A stretch of DNA of 64,000 nucleotides from Octopus sinensis (taxonomy: Eukaryota). Both the position numbers and the translations under genes were made by a program. Under the pieces are notes generated by a model that was given only the letters and a program-made list of their open reading frames with translations, did no database searches and was not told the origin of the DNA. This document shows positions 29,605-43,104 of the stretch, piece after piece (the first letter of the stretch is position 1; every line of letters starts with the position of its first letter). The stretch is from positions 42,966,001-43,030,000 of the forward strand of contig NC_043007.1 of assembly GCF_006345805.1 (NCBI RefSeq). Direction: 5' to 3'.

Positions 29605-32526
29605 CAACAACTATAAGAAGAATTTCTTGCATAAGCACAAGGCCACACTTTAGTGGGAATGAACAGTTAATTTATATTATGACTAGTACTTTATTTTAAC
29701 AACCCTAAAATAGTGAAACACAAAGTTGACCTCAGCGTAATTTGAAAGCAATAAGTCAACTTTAAATTTACAGAGAACTGATAAAATAAAGACATGTAAC
29801 TGCTGCTATACCATAAGCCCCCTTGGAAATATATGTCTTCATGGTAACACCTTTGTATGTCTGCAGATTAAATCAGCAATAATTTTGAATCTACATTTAT
29901 ATCTATGCATGTAATTGTTGTGATGCACCTATGTGATTTTCTGCAGAGATGGGTTTTGTTTGAGTTTACTAATGCAGATATGACTAAGAGAGGGCCTTTG
30001 CTCTTTTATTCTCTTGTATATATGTGCAAAACTCATTCTGTTTAAGAAATGCTAAAAGACACATTTAAATCTCATTTATTTATCACTGAAAAGAAATGAA
30101 ATCTACTGTCTCCTTTCATCAGGCAATAGATTTAAGGAAACTATATTTAAGCTACTTAAAAAAAATTTAATCTAAATTAATTAGAATAATGAGATATCTT
30201 CTATAAAATAATGAATGCTTACATCACCTACAAAGAAAAGATGTCATGATGAAATTTGCCAGAATATTGAAAGGCAGAATCAAAATAAATGCATGCATGA
30301 ATATGCATATCAAGATCCAAAATGACTACATGCTTACATTGTAGAGCCATAAATATGTTATCGCAAAGGCAGATATTGTCAGAAGGCATATGGTATATGA
30401 TAAAAAATAATAATGCAAAAAATAGAAAGCATTATAGTTAATTAGGACAATGCTGAAGATGATGATGAAGATGATGGTGGAATTAGAATGGTAATATAAA
30501 AAAAAAAAAAAAACAGTAATAATGATTATAAACCCAATAGAAAGAATTTTCTAGCCAAAGAAATGGAAAATGAAATGCTGCCATTTAGGAATATGCAGAT
30601 GAAAGTCAGCAGTATGTATGATGAGAATTGCAGAGCGTTTATGTTGCCATGCCAATGCAGTTTATTTTTTCAGGTGATTATATGTAGGCAGTGGTTAATG
30701 TTCCCCAAATAAAACATGGCACTGTAAATGGTAGGTTTCCTTGACAAGTCCACATTCAGTTCACAATCAATTTTAATATCAAAGCACCCTGATGTCTTTA
30801 GCTGCAGTCGAGATGCACATATGGTTGTGTTGAAGCTGGCATAAGTGTGCATGCTTACACAAGCAGATGTACACACAGACTCCTGTGTCGCACTAATGTG
30901 CCATCCAGCTGAGGAATGGAAAACAAACCAAGTACTGGTTGATCTCACAACTCATCCATGTTGGCAGTTGGGCAGATAATTGGACCTGTTGGAAATTTAG
31001 GCCATTAGCAGTTTGTTCATACTTTTTCAAATTTTTTTTTTATTTGGACAAAGTGAATATAGCCATTTATATACAGCAGAAGGTGACAGAGCAAATATGA
31101 TTGGTGCAGTAACACATAACTGATACTGATAAGGCTGAAGTTTAACACACATGCCTGGTGCAAACTGATGTAAAGGTGCTGTCATAATTAATGAACGTTA
31201 TAAAAATATTAATACCAATCAATAAATAAAAGAAATCATTACCTTTGCTTAGTCAACTTTGGTGTTATATGAGATTTTATTTGGGCACATAAAGACAGTC
31301 TAATATTCACTCACACACACATGTTCATTTACACATTCAATCACATACATTCATTCACAAGTACACAAATACTTATTCATTCATATAATTACACTTACTC
31401 ATTCTCTCACATATAAACAAAAGCATTCATGTACTCCTACAATGATACATATGTAAATATCAGTGCATACAAATATAATGAAGATGTATGCACAATCACA
31501 TATAGATCTCATTAATGCATACAGTTTTACTAGGACGTATGGACCTCTGAATTTCTAAATTACACACACACAGAGTTTATGAAACATTTATGTTTTCACC
31601 TTTTATTTACACGCAAACACATACACATAAATGCACGCATACATACATGCATATATATGCATGCATGAACATGTACACATCCACACACAATCACATACAT
31701 GCATTTGAGTCCAACGGAGACCAACAGCATCCACTCTGATACGTATGTGGAAACATGGTATGGATGTAGTTAACCCCTGACACAAACAGACATATACACA
31801 CAAGCACATGAAGAGGTGGAAAGAATACAGAGCTCTAAAATAGAGAGGAAGCAATAGGAAAGTAACATAACAAAATTAGTAATGTGGAAGTAAAAAAAAA
31901 AGCAGTAATATGCTGAGAGAAGTGATAAAGAAAGGAAGTATTATAAAGAGAGGTAGGCTAGATATATAAAAAGGTGCAAGAAGGAGTCACTAGGAGAGGA
32001 AATAAGGAGAGGGAAAAATAGCCAGTAGTCACCCAGTAAGTAAAACAGGCAATTAGACAGTGAAATAAGGGAGGGGATAGAAAAAAAGAATGAGAAAGGA
32101 AGTGATAGCTAGAGTAAGAAATGTGAGGTGGAAAAAAGAGCTCTAAAATTGATAGGGAGAATTAGAGAGGTAACATGATAAAGTAACAGAGGTAGAAAGT
32201 GAACAAATAAGGAAGAATGTGTAGGGCCTCTGTTGATCAAGGTTAACCATGTATTTGCACCTAAATGCATAGGCTTGAACAAGGTTTTCTTTTTTATGTA
32301 AGACTAGCAGCTACCCATGCATGCAAGTCTCCTCTTGTCATACTACCAGCTATTCTGAAAGGATGATTCAAATTGGCACCAGCATTATTACAGGTGTTGT
32401 CAGAAATCCAGCAACCACAAAGTATTTGCCACCAACCTACCGCTCATGATTGGTATTTTTTAATTGATCCTAAAAGGATCAACTTATAAAGTTGATCATA
32501 GAGCATGGAATTGAAACAAATATCAA

Positions 32527-32559
<33 letters not shown>

Positions 32560-33424
32560 CTTGTTGGAAAATGAAAAGAAGGGAGATGGATGCGAGTTTT
32601 TGATTAAAGCATAAAAATAGATGGGGGATCTTTGTATAAAGAGTATGAAAAGAAATTCTGAAATTCTGTGAATGAGTCAATGAGAATAAAGAAAGAGAGT
32701 AAAGGAGTGTGATGTCAGAATAAATAAGCAACAACTTGTCGAATATACAGTAAGTAATGTAAGTCCAACAGACTCACTCACAGAGAAACTGCTCAACTCT
32801 GAACCAGAGAAATAAGTCAGAGATTATCTCAAGTCAACATTTGATTTGAATTGGAGAAGATAAGAAGTGCTGCAAAATAACAAGATGCACCAGAAGAAAC
32901 AGACACAAGATTTGATGCAAAAAGTTTTATAAAGAAGAAATGAAATCAAGTCTTGAAGCAGAAAGAGTAAGAATCACACCATCACTTCACACACACACAC
33001 GGATATTACCTACAAACACATACATACAAAACTACATATAAATGCATGCATATTTGCATTCATACATATATATAAAACTTTTCTTAGCATAATCCTAAAA
33101 CAGAATCATCATGACACAGAGTGTAACAAGGCTGGCCCTTTGAAGTACAAGTATAGTCTCTCTGATGAGCTTCCACACAGTTCCTGTCTATTCAATTTCT
33201 TTTGCAAAAGCTTAAGGCTAAAATAGAAGATACTGCACAATGGGATTGACAGTAGGCCTGATTGTCAGGTAAACTTTTAAACATTTCAGCTACATCTGCG
33301 TCACTGCAAACATAAACATACCAAGAGGAAGCATTTAGCTGCCCACATTTAGTAATACCATCAAATAGCAACTTTCATTCTCACTCTCTTTCCTTCACTT
33401 TCTGTATGTGTGCATATGTGCATG

Positions 33425-33438
33425 TGTATATATATATC

Positions 33439-33471
<33 letters not shown>

Positions 33472-33484
33472 GATATATTATAAT

Positions 33485-33516
<32 letters not shown>

Positions 33517-33549
33517 TAATATATTATATATTATATATATGTATATATA

Positions 33550-33636
<87 letters not shown>

Positions 33637-33668
33637 ATATATATGTATGTATATATATATATATATTA

Positions 33669-33736
<68 letters not shown>

Positions 33737-33826
33737 ATGTATATATATATATATATTATATATGTATATATATAATATATTATATATATATATGTAATAT
33801 ATATTATATATATATATATATATATA

Positions 33827-33866
<40 letters not shown>

Positions 33867-33925
33867 ATATATATATATATAATTATATATATATATTATA
33901 TATATAATATATATATATATATATC

Positions 33926-34011
<86 letters not shown>

Positions 34012-34013
34012 TG

Positions 34014-34063
<50 letters not shown>

Positions 34064-34126
34064 TATAATGTATATATATATATATATATTATATATATAT
34101 GTATATATATAATATATATATATATA

Positions 34127-34162
<36 letters not shown>

Positions 34163-34398
34163 ATATATATATATATATGTATATATAATATATATATATA
34201 TGTATATTATATATATATATATATATATATCTATATATATAATATATATATATATGTATATATATACATAATATATATATATATATATATATATATAGAT
34301 ATATATATATATAGTCTAGCAAAAACTGTCCAATGAACGGCAACGGGAAACTCAGAGTAAACGGTTTTGATGATATTATATATATATATATATATAGT

Positions 34399-34436
<38 letters not shown>

Positions 34437-34692
34437 CTTATATATATATGTATATATATACATATATATATATGTATATATATATATATACATATATATG
34501 TATATATATACATACATATATAATGTATATATATATATACATACATATATATGTATATATATACATACATATATATGTATATATATACATACATATATGT
34601 ATATATATACATACATATATATGTATATATATACATACATATATATATGTATATATTATATATATATGTATATAATATATATATATATGTAT

Positions 34693-34723
<31 letters not shown>

Positions 34724-34755
34724 ATATATGTATATATATATATAATATATATATT

Positions 34756-34799
<44 letters not shown>

Positions 34800-35614
34800 A
34801 GCAAAAACTGTCCAATGAACGGCAACGGGAAACTCAGAGTAACAGGTTTTGTTGAATTTTCTGCTGCTTTAAATAAAGTATATATATATATATATATATA
34901 TCAGTGATGATAAATGCTGTGACTACAAAGACCCGGGCTGCTTCTGCAGCAATTCCACATACCCCCTACTCATTCTAAGTACCCCGGATCCCCAAAGTAC
35001 CCTGGATCCCCAAAGTACCCCGGACCTCGTTGCCCATGTGCCGCTGACACGTTAAAATGCTCGAACCGATCGTGACGATGCCGGACCCTCCGGCCCCTGT
35101 GCAGGTGGCACGTAAAAAGCACCCAATCCACTCACGGAGTGGTTGGCGTTAGGAAGGCATCCAGCCGTAGAAACTCTGCCAGATTCAGACTGGAGCCTGG
35201 TGCGGCCCCTGGCTTCCCAGACCCGGTCAAACCGTCCAACCCGTGCTAGCGCGGAAAGCGGACGTTAAACGATGATGATGATATATATATATATACATAT
35301 ATATATGTATATATATATATATTATATGTATATATATACATACATATTATGTATATATATTATACATACATATTATGTATATATATACATACATATATAT
35401 GTATATATATACATATATATGTAATATATACATACATATATATGTATATATATCATACATATATATGTATAATATACATACATATATATGTATATATATA
35501 TATAATATATGTATATATATACATACATATATGTATATATATACATACATATATATGTATATATATACATACATATATATGTATATATATACATACATAT
35601 ATATGTATATATAT

Positions 35615-35651
<37 letters not shown>

Positions 35652-35711
35652 ATGTATATATATACATACATATATATGTATATATATATATACATACATA
35701 TATATGTATAT

Positions 35712-35780
<69 letters not shown>

Positions 35781-35839
35781 CATATATATATATATATACA
35801 TACATATATATATATATATACATACATATATATATATAT

Positions 35840-35916
<77 letters not shown>

Positions 35917-35925
35917 TGTACACAC
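33425..35925. repeat. Compound (TA)n tracts (33425-34790 and 35280-35925) with a higher-order approx. 24-bp unit (atacatacatatatatgtatatat)
   Basis: Directly visible. Confidence 0.95.
35030..35280 (+). mobile_element. Young-looking (CpG-rich) copy of a (GAT)n-tailed SINE/RTE 3' end
   Basis: gtggcacgtaaaaagcacc...ggagtggttggcgttaggaaggcatccagccgtagaaac...cgttaaacgatgatgatg. Homologs at 36840-37080(+), 45130-45600(-), 48345-48520(+), 54280-54530(+) and 57910-58130(-). Confidence 0.8.
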
Positions 35926-38827
35926 ATACAATAGATATCTAATGAGATGGGTCCATCATATGAGCCCACAAAATTTTAAGTCATATGGAACTGAGTGAAA
36001 CTGTTATTAAAAAAATATATCTAACTCCTATGAAATGTGTTGAGTGCCACTTTCTTTCATTTATGCATGTTAATGAATTTGAATATTCAAATAAAACTGA
36101 ATGCAACATATGTTGATGAAGAGAAGCATGCAGATAATTGACACATATACATGCATGATACAATGATGCTTATAAATGATGATGCTATGTGGAAATAGTG
36201 CAATAGCAGGCAAGAAATTGGGTCTATCTGAAGTGAAAGGGGAACTGTCATCTATGATAGCTTTTGTAATTTGATACTGTACTAAATATTATCAGAAAAT
36301 AAAATTCAACAACATTTTGTAAAAGTAATGTTGTGTATTTAAATGATTGTATAAATTGACTTATAATAACAGAAACAGAAAATGTTAACTATATGGGAAT
36401 CATATGAAGAAGATGTCTTATTATTATAAATGCAATGAATTACATCGCTCTTAACTTTTACAGTATGGCTATAAAGGTTTATGGAGAATAGCTATGAAAT
36501 TCTATGTGGTCTTTTTTTGCAAGTTAAAAACTCTAAACTAAAGACATTCAATTTTCATTCAGCCAGCCTGTATTAATTTATATATATAAATGTATAAGTC
36601 TTATATGGTTGGTAGAAGCAACGAATACAGTTTCATTACTATGTTAGTACACTTAACCACCCATCCACCTTTTCTGTTCCTCTAAACTTATTCTGTCTCC
36701 CTTATTCACCTTGTATCTTGACCTTACATCTCTCTCTCTCTCCTTTTCCAGACAAAGGAGCCATGTATTCACCTCTTCAGCAAGACACCTGCTCCTGTCC
36801 CTCAATTGTACTTTCATATCCCTCAATACAATACCCCACTCAGTTACGGGGCTTTGTCTTGGGAGTACATGGTGACCTCACCAGTGCTGGTACCATGAAA
36901 AAAAAGCACCCAGTACACGCTGTGAAGTGGTTGGTGTTAGGCAGGGCATCTAGCTGTAGAAACCACACCAAAAGCAGACACTGGAGCTTGGCACAGCCCT
37001 GTGACTTGTCAGTTTCTGTCAAACCATCCAACCCATGCCAGCATGGAAAAAGAGATATTAAATGATGATGATGATGATGAAAATGATTACATATGATATA
37101 CATATAAAGTATATTTCAAGTTACTATTCCTCGGTTTATTACTGAGAGAATCTCATACTTAGAGTGGTAAGTTCCACTGAATTGTTTAACTTGAACTATA
37201 CATACATTCACACCGGCACACACAGTGTATTGGTGAGTGGCAGAGAGATACAGATGGATATCAATGTAAAACAATAGCTGTTTCTTTGTTAAATGTCAAA
37301 TGAAGGGTAAATTTTAAATGATTGTCGAAGTCTTTGATCTAATGTTTAAAGTATCCTCCCTATTGCCATCAATACACATAGTTTGTTTGGGAAAACATTT
37401 TCTTCTGTTTGCTCTTTGGTAAATAAGGCATTTTGAAGGAATCAGGTAATAGACAGAGGGATGAAATACATGCAGGATGTAGAAAATTAATTTGAATATT
37501 CTGAACAGAAAAGAATGAAAAAAGAAAAAAAAGAAAAAAACGAGAAACACACCACAATGGATCTGTGTTTGTTTTTTGTTTTTTTTTAAAAGTCCACAAA
37601 ACAAATTTTGTTTGATAATATTAAGTCAATCTTTCAATTTTGATTTTTAAAAAATTGGAAATGTGTGTGACATAAAAACACATGTAGACACAATTTAGTA
37701 ACATATTAGTGAAAGCAATAATTACAAGGGTTGGCAGCATACATTTTGGATAGGTTTTATCACACCGGCATATTTGAACAACAATAAAATCATGCAGAAG
37801 ATATTTTAGTAATACAATAACAGGGGAAAAAAATTATAATAGTAATTTGAAATCAAATATTTTAATTTCATTCTTTTTTTCCTCTCTCTCTCTCTCTCTC
37901 AGTTTTTTTCTTTTTATATCCACATTACATATATCATAGGGGAAATTTCAACACATAATGAAAATATACAGTTTTACAAGCAGTTCTTTTATCAAATCAT
38001 ATAGAAATTTTATAGATAATCTATCAGAAAGTCTTTAAGGAATTCTTTAAGGAATTATTGCTTCCTAATCAGTTTCTCTACCTCTTATTTGTTTTAAAAA
38101 TTTTCTTATAATTTTTCTAAAATGTTTATTTTTGGCATTAAGGCAAGATAATGTGCATATTTAAAAATTATATTAAATCAAAAGCCAAGGATACATTTGC
38201 AAACTGGTTAATTTGGAATTTTGTAATGTCAATTTTCTTTTATGTTTGAAATATTTATTCTGGATGTAATTCAGCAGACACATGACTAAATGATGGATGT
38301 TTAAGGTATTGAGGAATTATGGTTGTTGATGATACAAATCTTCGGATGTAGATGGGATAAATATGGGAGTGAGAGTTGATGTAATACACTGGGATGTAAA
38401 TTGTTGACTGAACCAAATCTGAATTCGACACCTGAGCCCAAATTCTAATGTATATTGCTTGAGAGATGCTTTGCATCAAACAATTGTTATGAATATTAAA
38501 GCACATACTACATAATTATAAAGCTCTTCTTATATGATACTGAAGAGATATACTCAACCTCAGTAGTTTAATATTACTTATATTGAGCTTCCTCCATCAT
38601 CAGCTAGAAGGATAACAAGCAAAGTTGATATTTGATAAATACTGAACAAGGTGATACACTTAATGAAGACCGTTCTATATGCTCCCACTAGCACTCAAAC
38701 ATATTTTTCCTTTCCTAACACCCCATGTTCCCCACCCTATCGTCTTGAGAAACACTGTTCAAGTATTGGAAAACATATTTAGTAAATATCTAGCCGTATT
38801 TTTCAATAAAAAGAAATTTGTCTGGAT

Positions 38828-39210
38828 TAGTGGTTCTCAACCATTTTTTTTACCTATGGATCCCTTTCATTACTAATTTATTCTGATGAACCCCATAGAC
38901 ATTCAATGTTTAAAAATTGGTTTTATAGATACTTATTTCAAAATTCTTATTTTGTCTTTTCACACATTCACTTTTGTAGGTTTGCAATAGCAGTCACTGA
39001 GAGGACAAGGTTCAGTGGTCAGATACATGTTAAACTATGTAAAACCTAGCTCCCTCTAGCAATAAATACTTTGAAGTAAAATTTTTTTTCGTGGACCCTA
39101 AAAGTACTACTGTGGGTCCTTAATTTACTATTTTGCTTGTGTGCCCCCACATCACCCTCACCTCCCACCACCACCAAAAGTCTAATATGGACCCTGGTTG
39201 AGAATCACTA
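38828..39210. mobile_element. hAT/Charlie-type MITE
   Basis: TIRs tagtggttctcaacc / ggttgagaatcacta; 8-bp TSD gtctggat / gtctagaa (NTCTAGAN-like). Confidence 0.78.
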
Positions 39211-39740
39211 GTCTAGAACATTTGAATTTGTCTCTTTTCAAGAAATACTAATAGGATTTGTCTGCTCTTTGCTGGTTTTTTTTTCTGAAAGAGACTAGCA
39301 TTATTTAACTGAATTTTCCATGAGAGAGATAGAGAGATAGAGAGAGGGGTGAACAAAGTAATGTCTCCCTATCTTCCTTGCTGAGAATCAGCCACCATCA
39401 GTATTGGTGTAATTTTCTATTAACACATAAAGTGCAATGGGCCATGATCGTGGCCATCAGGCACAGGTTGACAGGCCACAATCGTGACCCAGATAGATAC
39501 ATTTAATTTACGGGAGTTTGGCAGGGTCTAATGTCACTCAAATGCTCTGATACCCACCAGAATGCAAGAGAACTAATAGTTCAACTAATTACTTTTCAGA
39601 TGTGGGGCTCACTATCATCAAATAAGTTAACAGCCACATTTACTACAAGTTCAAAGTTAGTAAAATTAGGGAACCCAGAAACAACAACAACAACAGAGTG
39701 TTAAATGAAAATATGGAGGGTGAGAGAGAGAGAGGGAGAG

Positions 39741-39789
<49 letters not shown>

Positions 39790-39929
39790 ATGATTATAAA
39801 ATACTACAAAAAGACTTAATTACAAAATTTTAAGTAAACTGTTACGAAGTCTCAATTTTAAATTTTAAAAAGATTTTGATTGCAGAGTGCTTGTTGCTTT
39901 TTATTGAATTTGCAGTTAAATTTAAGTAT

Positions 39930-40157
39930 TTAACCCTTTAGCATTCAAACTGGCCATATCTGGCCAAAATATTTAACCTGTTTTATATTGAAACTGACTA
40001 GATCTTGCCTCTCACCTTAGCCCTACCATGTCATTCTAAAACTGAAAAATCACATCACTGAAATCTCTAAACTACAAGATAATGCATGATTGATTCAAAC
40101 CATTTTAAATAAACAAACATAACATTTGACAGAATAATCTGAACACTAAAGGGTTAA
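39930..40157. mobile_element. piggyBac-type MITE (TTAA-CCCTTTAG...CTAAAGGG-TTAA)
   Basis: TTAA on both flanks and short TIRs. A second family member lies at 50595-50802. Confidence 0.78.
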
Positions 40158-40294
40158 ATATTTTTGTTTTTAAAACTGAATTGAAAAAAAAACTCAAATA
40201 AATATCATAACAAAGAAATGATTTATGAATATATCTACATGATGTTGCAAATAATAATAATAATGATGAATATAATAATCCTGCCTGCAAAGAG

Positions 40295-41187
40295 CACAAG
40301 ACCAGAAGTATTATGGGAGGAATCTAGTCAATTACATTGGATGGCACTTATTTCATCAACTCTGAAAGGATGAAAAGCAAAGTTGACCTTGGCACAATAT
40401 GAACTCAGAATGCAAAGATGGATGAAATGCTGCTAAGCATTTTGTCCAGCAGGCCAATAATTCTACCAGCTTAACAGTAATAATAATCTGTTCTACTAAA
40501 GGCACAGAGCCTGAAATTTTGGAGTGGAGGCTAGTCAATTATATGAACTCCAGTATGTATATGGTACTTGTTTTATCAATCTCTAAAGGATGAAAGGCAA
40601 AGTCAACCTCAGTAGAATTTAAACTCAGAACATAAAGATGGACAGAATGCCGCTAAGCATTTTGCCTGGCATGCTAACAATTCTGCCAACTTGCTGCCTT
40701 ACCAATAATATTAATAATAATAATAATCCTTTCTACTATAGGTACAAGGCCTGGGTTTTGTGGTGAGGGAGACAGTTGATCACATAGATCCCAGTACTCA
40801 ACTGGTACTTCATTTATTGATCCCCAAAAAATGAGGAGTCAAGTAAACCTTGGTAGAATTTGAACTCAGAATGTAGAAGCAGATGAAATATTGCTAGGCA
40901 TTTTGCCTGGTATGCTAACAACTCTGCCAGCTCGCTGCCTTAATAATAATGATAATAATAACAATTCTTTTATTATAGACACAGAGTATGAAATTTTGGG
41001 AATGGGGGCTAGACGATTACATTGACCTCAGTGCATGACTAGTACTTAATTTATTGACCCTAAAAGGATAAAAGGCAAAGTCAACCTCGGTGGAATTTGA
41101 ACTCAGAATGTAACGATGGACAAAATGCTGCTAAGGATTTTGTCTGACATGCTAACAATTCTGTCAGTTCACTACCCTAATAATAAT

Positions 41188-41243
<56 letters not shown>

Positions 41244-41640
41244 CAATGGTTTCAGATTTTGGCAAAAGACCAGCAAATTCAGCAGGAAAGATTAAATCAA
41301 TTACATCAATCCAAATACTCAACTGGTACTTATTTTATTGACCTCAGAGAGGAGAAAGGCACCACTGACTTCAGTGGGGTTTGAACGCATAGTGTAGAGC
41401 CAGAACAAATACTGAAAAACAATTTGTCCAATGCTCTAACAACTCTGCCAATCCACCAGTTGTCGATTTTGGCACAAGGCCAGCAATTTTGAGAAGAGGG
41501 AGTAAATTGATACTATCCAGCTCAGTACTTGACTGGTACTTTATTTTATCAATCCCTGAGAGTTGAAAGACAAAATTTACCATGGTGAGATTTGAACTAA
41601 GGATTCAAGGCATTTTATCTGTTCTAATGATTCTACCAAA
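40295..41640 (-). mobile_element. Tandem array of six family-A SINE copies separated by (AAT)n
   Basis: The anchor gaactcagaa recurs at about 40401, 40621, 40862, 41099, 41383 and 41594. Confidence 0.85.
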
Positions 41641-42113
41641 TAATGATAACAATTTTTGATCAAGTGAAAAACCAATTTTGTCATGGAACATGTTCATCAG
41701 ACTCAAACCCAAGCCTGTCATTGATATTTACTTCACAACTTTTGAAAAGATGAAAAACAAACTGAACCTCGGTGGAGTTTCAATACAAATTGTGGAATTA
41801 TAGAATAAGCACTCTATTGTACAATCAATTACAGTAATAACTTGCAAAACAGAAAACTGCTCTTTGAAATATTAATGAATATTGCTATGAGAGGTTATAA
41901 AACATGATTGTTAAAAGCAATTAAAACAGAATACATTATAGCTGTGTTTCCTACGAAGAGGTGGGGGTCTCTAAATATTGATAAACTGAACACCACAGCG
42001 AAGAAAAGATTATGTGGATGCAAACTGTATTTTACAGTTCTATATTTAAGAGATGGGGAATTATGTACATGATTTACATTTGACGGATATTTGTCCTCAT
42101 CTTGTTTGCTGTT

Positions 42114-42159
42114 AACACAACATTTCAGCTGATATACCCTCCAGCCTTCATCAGGTGTT
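42114..42159 (-). ncRNA. Minimal type I hammerhead ribozyme motif (Penelope-like), catalytic core intact
   Basis: AACAC-CUGAUGA-A-GGCUG-(GAGGGUAUAU)-CAGCU-GAAA-UGUU|GUGUU: helix I AACAC/GUGUU, helix II GGCUG/CAGCU, CUGAUGA and GAAA cores, GUU cleavage triplet. Confidence 0.7.
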
Positions 42160-42428
42160 TTGGAGGAAATTTTGAACCTGGGTTCTCATTCCTAAGGTAT
42201 TTTTCGATGTTGTTGTTGTTATTATTATTTTTATTATTATTATTATTATCATTATTATTATTATTATTCAGGTCACGATCTGGAATCGAACTCGGAATCT
42301 TGGGGTTAGTAGCCCGCACTATTAACCACTATGTCCATGGGCATATGGCGTAGTGGTTAAGAGTACGGGCTACTAACCCCAAGATTCCAAGTTCAATTCC
42401 AGGTTGTGACCTGAATAATAGAAATAAT

Positions 42429-42466
<38 letters not shown>

Positions 42467-42534
42467 CAACAACAACAACAACACTATCGAAAAATACCTG
42501 AGGAATGAGAACCCAGGTTCAAAATTTCCCCTAA

Positions 42535-42577
42535 GGTATCTGACGAAGGCTGGAGGATATATCAGCCAAAACGTGTT
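42535..42577 (+). ncRNA. Degenerate hammerhead motif (second arm), probably inactive
   Basis: CUGACGA-A-GGCUG-(GAGGAUAUAU)-CAGCC-AAAA-CGUGUU: GAAA is mutated to AAAA and there is a 3-nt deletion at the cleavage site. Confidence 0.5.
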
Positions 42578-42940
42578 AACAACAAACAAGATGAGGACAA
42601 ATATCTGGCAAATGTAAATAATGTAAATAAAACTGTATTTTGTTTTCTCAGTAATGAAAAGAGGGATAGGGTGAAAATTTCCACTAATATTATAGTGATG
42701 TGTATGTGTGTGCGCATATGTGAATGTATTTATTATATATTAGTTTGCATGGTGTATATTTTTCTTTATTTACCTTTCTTGGCATATTGTATGCATACAT
42801 ATGTGCATTAATTGTATTGTACATTATGATTATTTATACAAGTTGTCATTGTTTTGTATGCATGTGTAAAGGTATGCGTACATATTTGAATATGTGTATT
42901 AGTCTCCCTCTCCCCCTTTCTCTCTCTCCCCTCTATATGT

Positions 42941-42972
<32 letters not shown>

Positions 42973-43104
42973 TACATATAAGTTCATATACACATGTGTA
43001 AATACATATATCAACTTAGAGACATCTGGGTGAACATGCATGTGTTAATTGCCATGCAATATCCTCTGTAGTGAAATAATGCTGTTAACACAGTGTGTTC
43101 ATAC

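Larger units (their letters stand above)
42033..42629. mobile_element. Head-to-head inverted dimer of a tRNA-headed short retroelement with a Penelope-type 3' part
   Basis: 42033-42337 is the reverse complement of 42340-42629. Pol III A box (tggcgtagtgg, 42346-42356) and B box (gttcaattcc). Flanked by the 12-bp direct repeat aaactgtatttt. Confidence 0.85.

Noticed and set aside
30670-31020. 92-aa ORF as a host exon
   Set aside because: No compatible splice sites or recognisable homology. Probably a decayed repeat.
42340-42415. Functional tRNA gene
   Set aside because: A and B boxes are present, but the acceptor stem does not close and the sequence continues into a repeat body. It is a SINE head.
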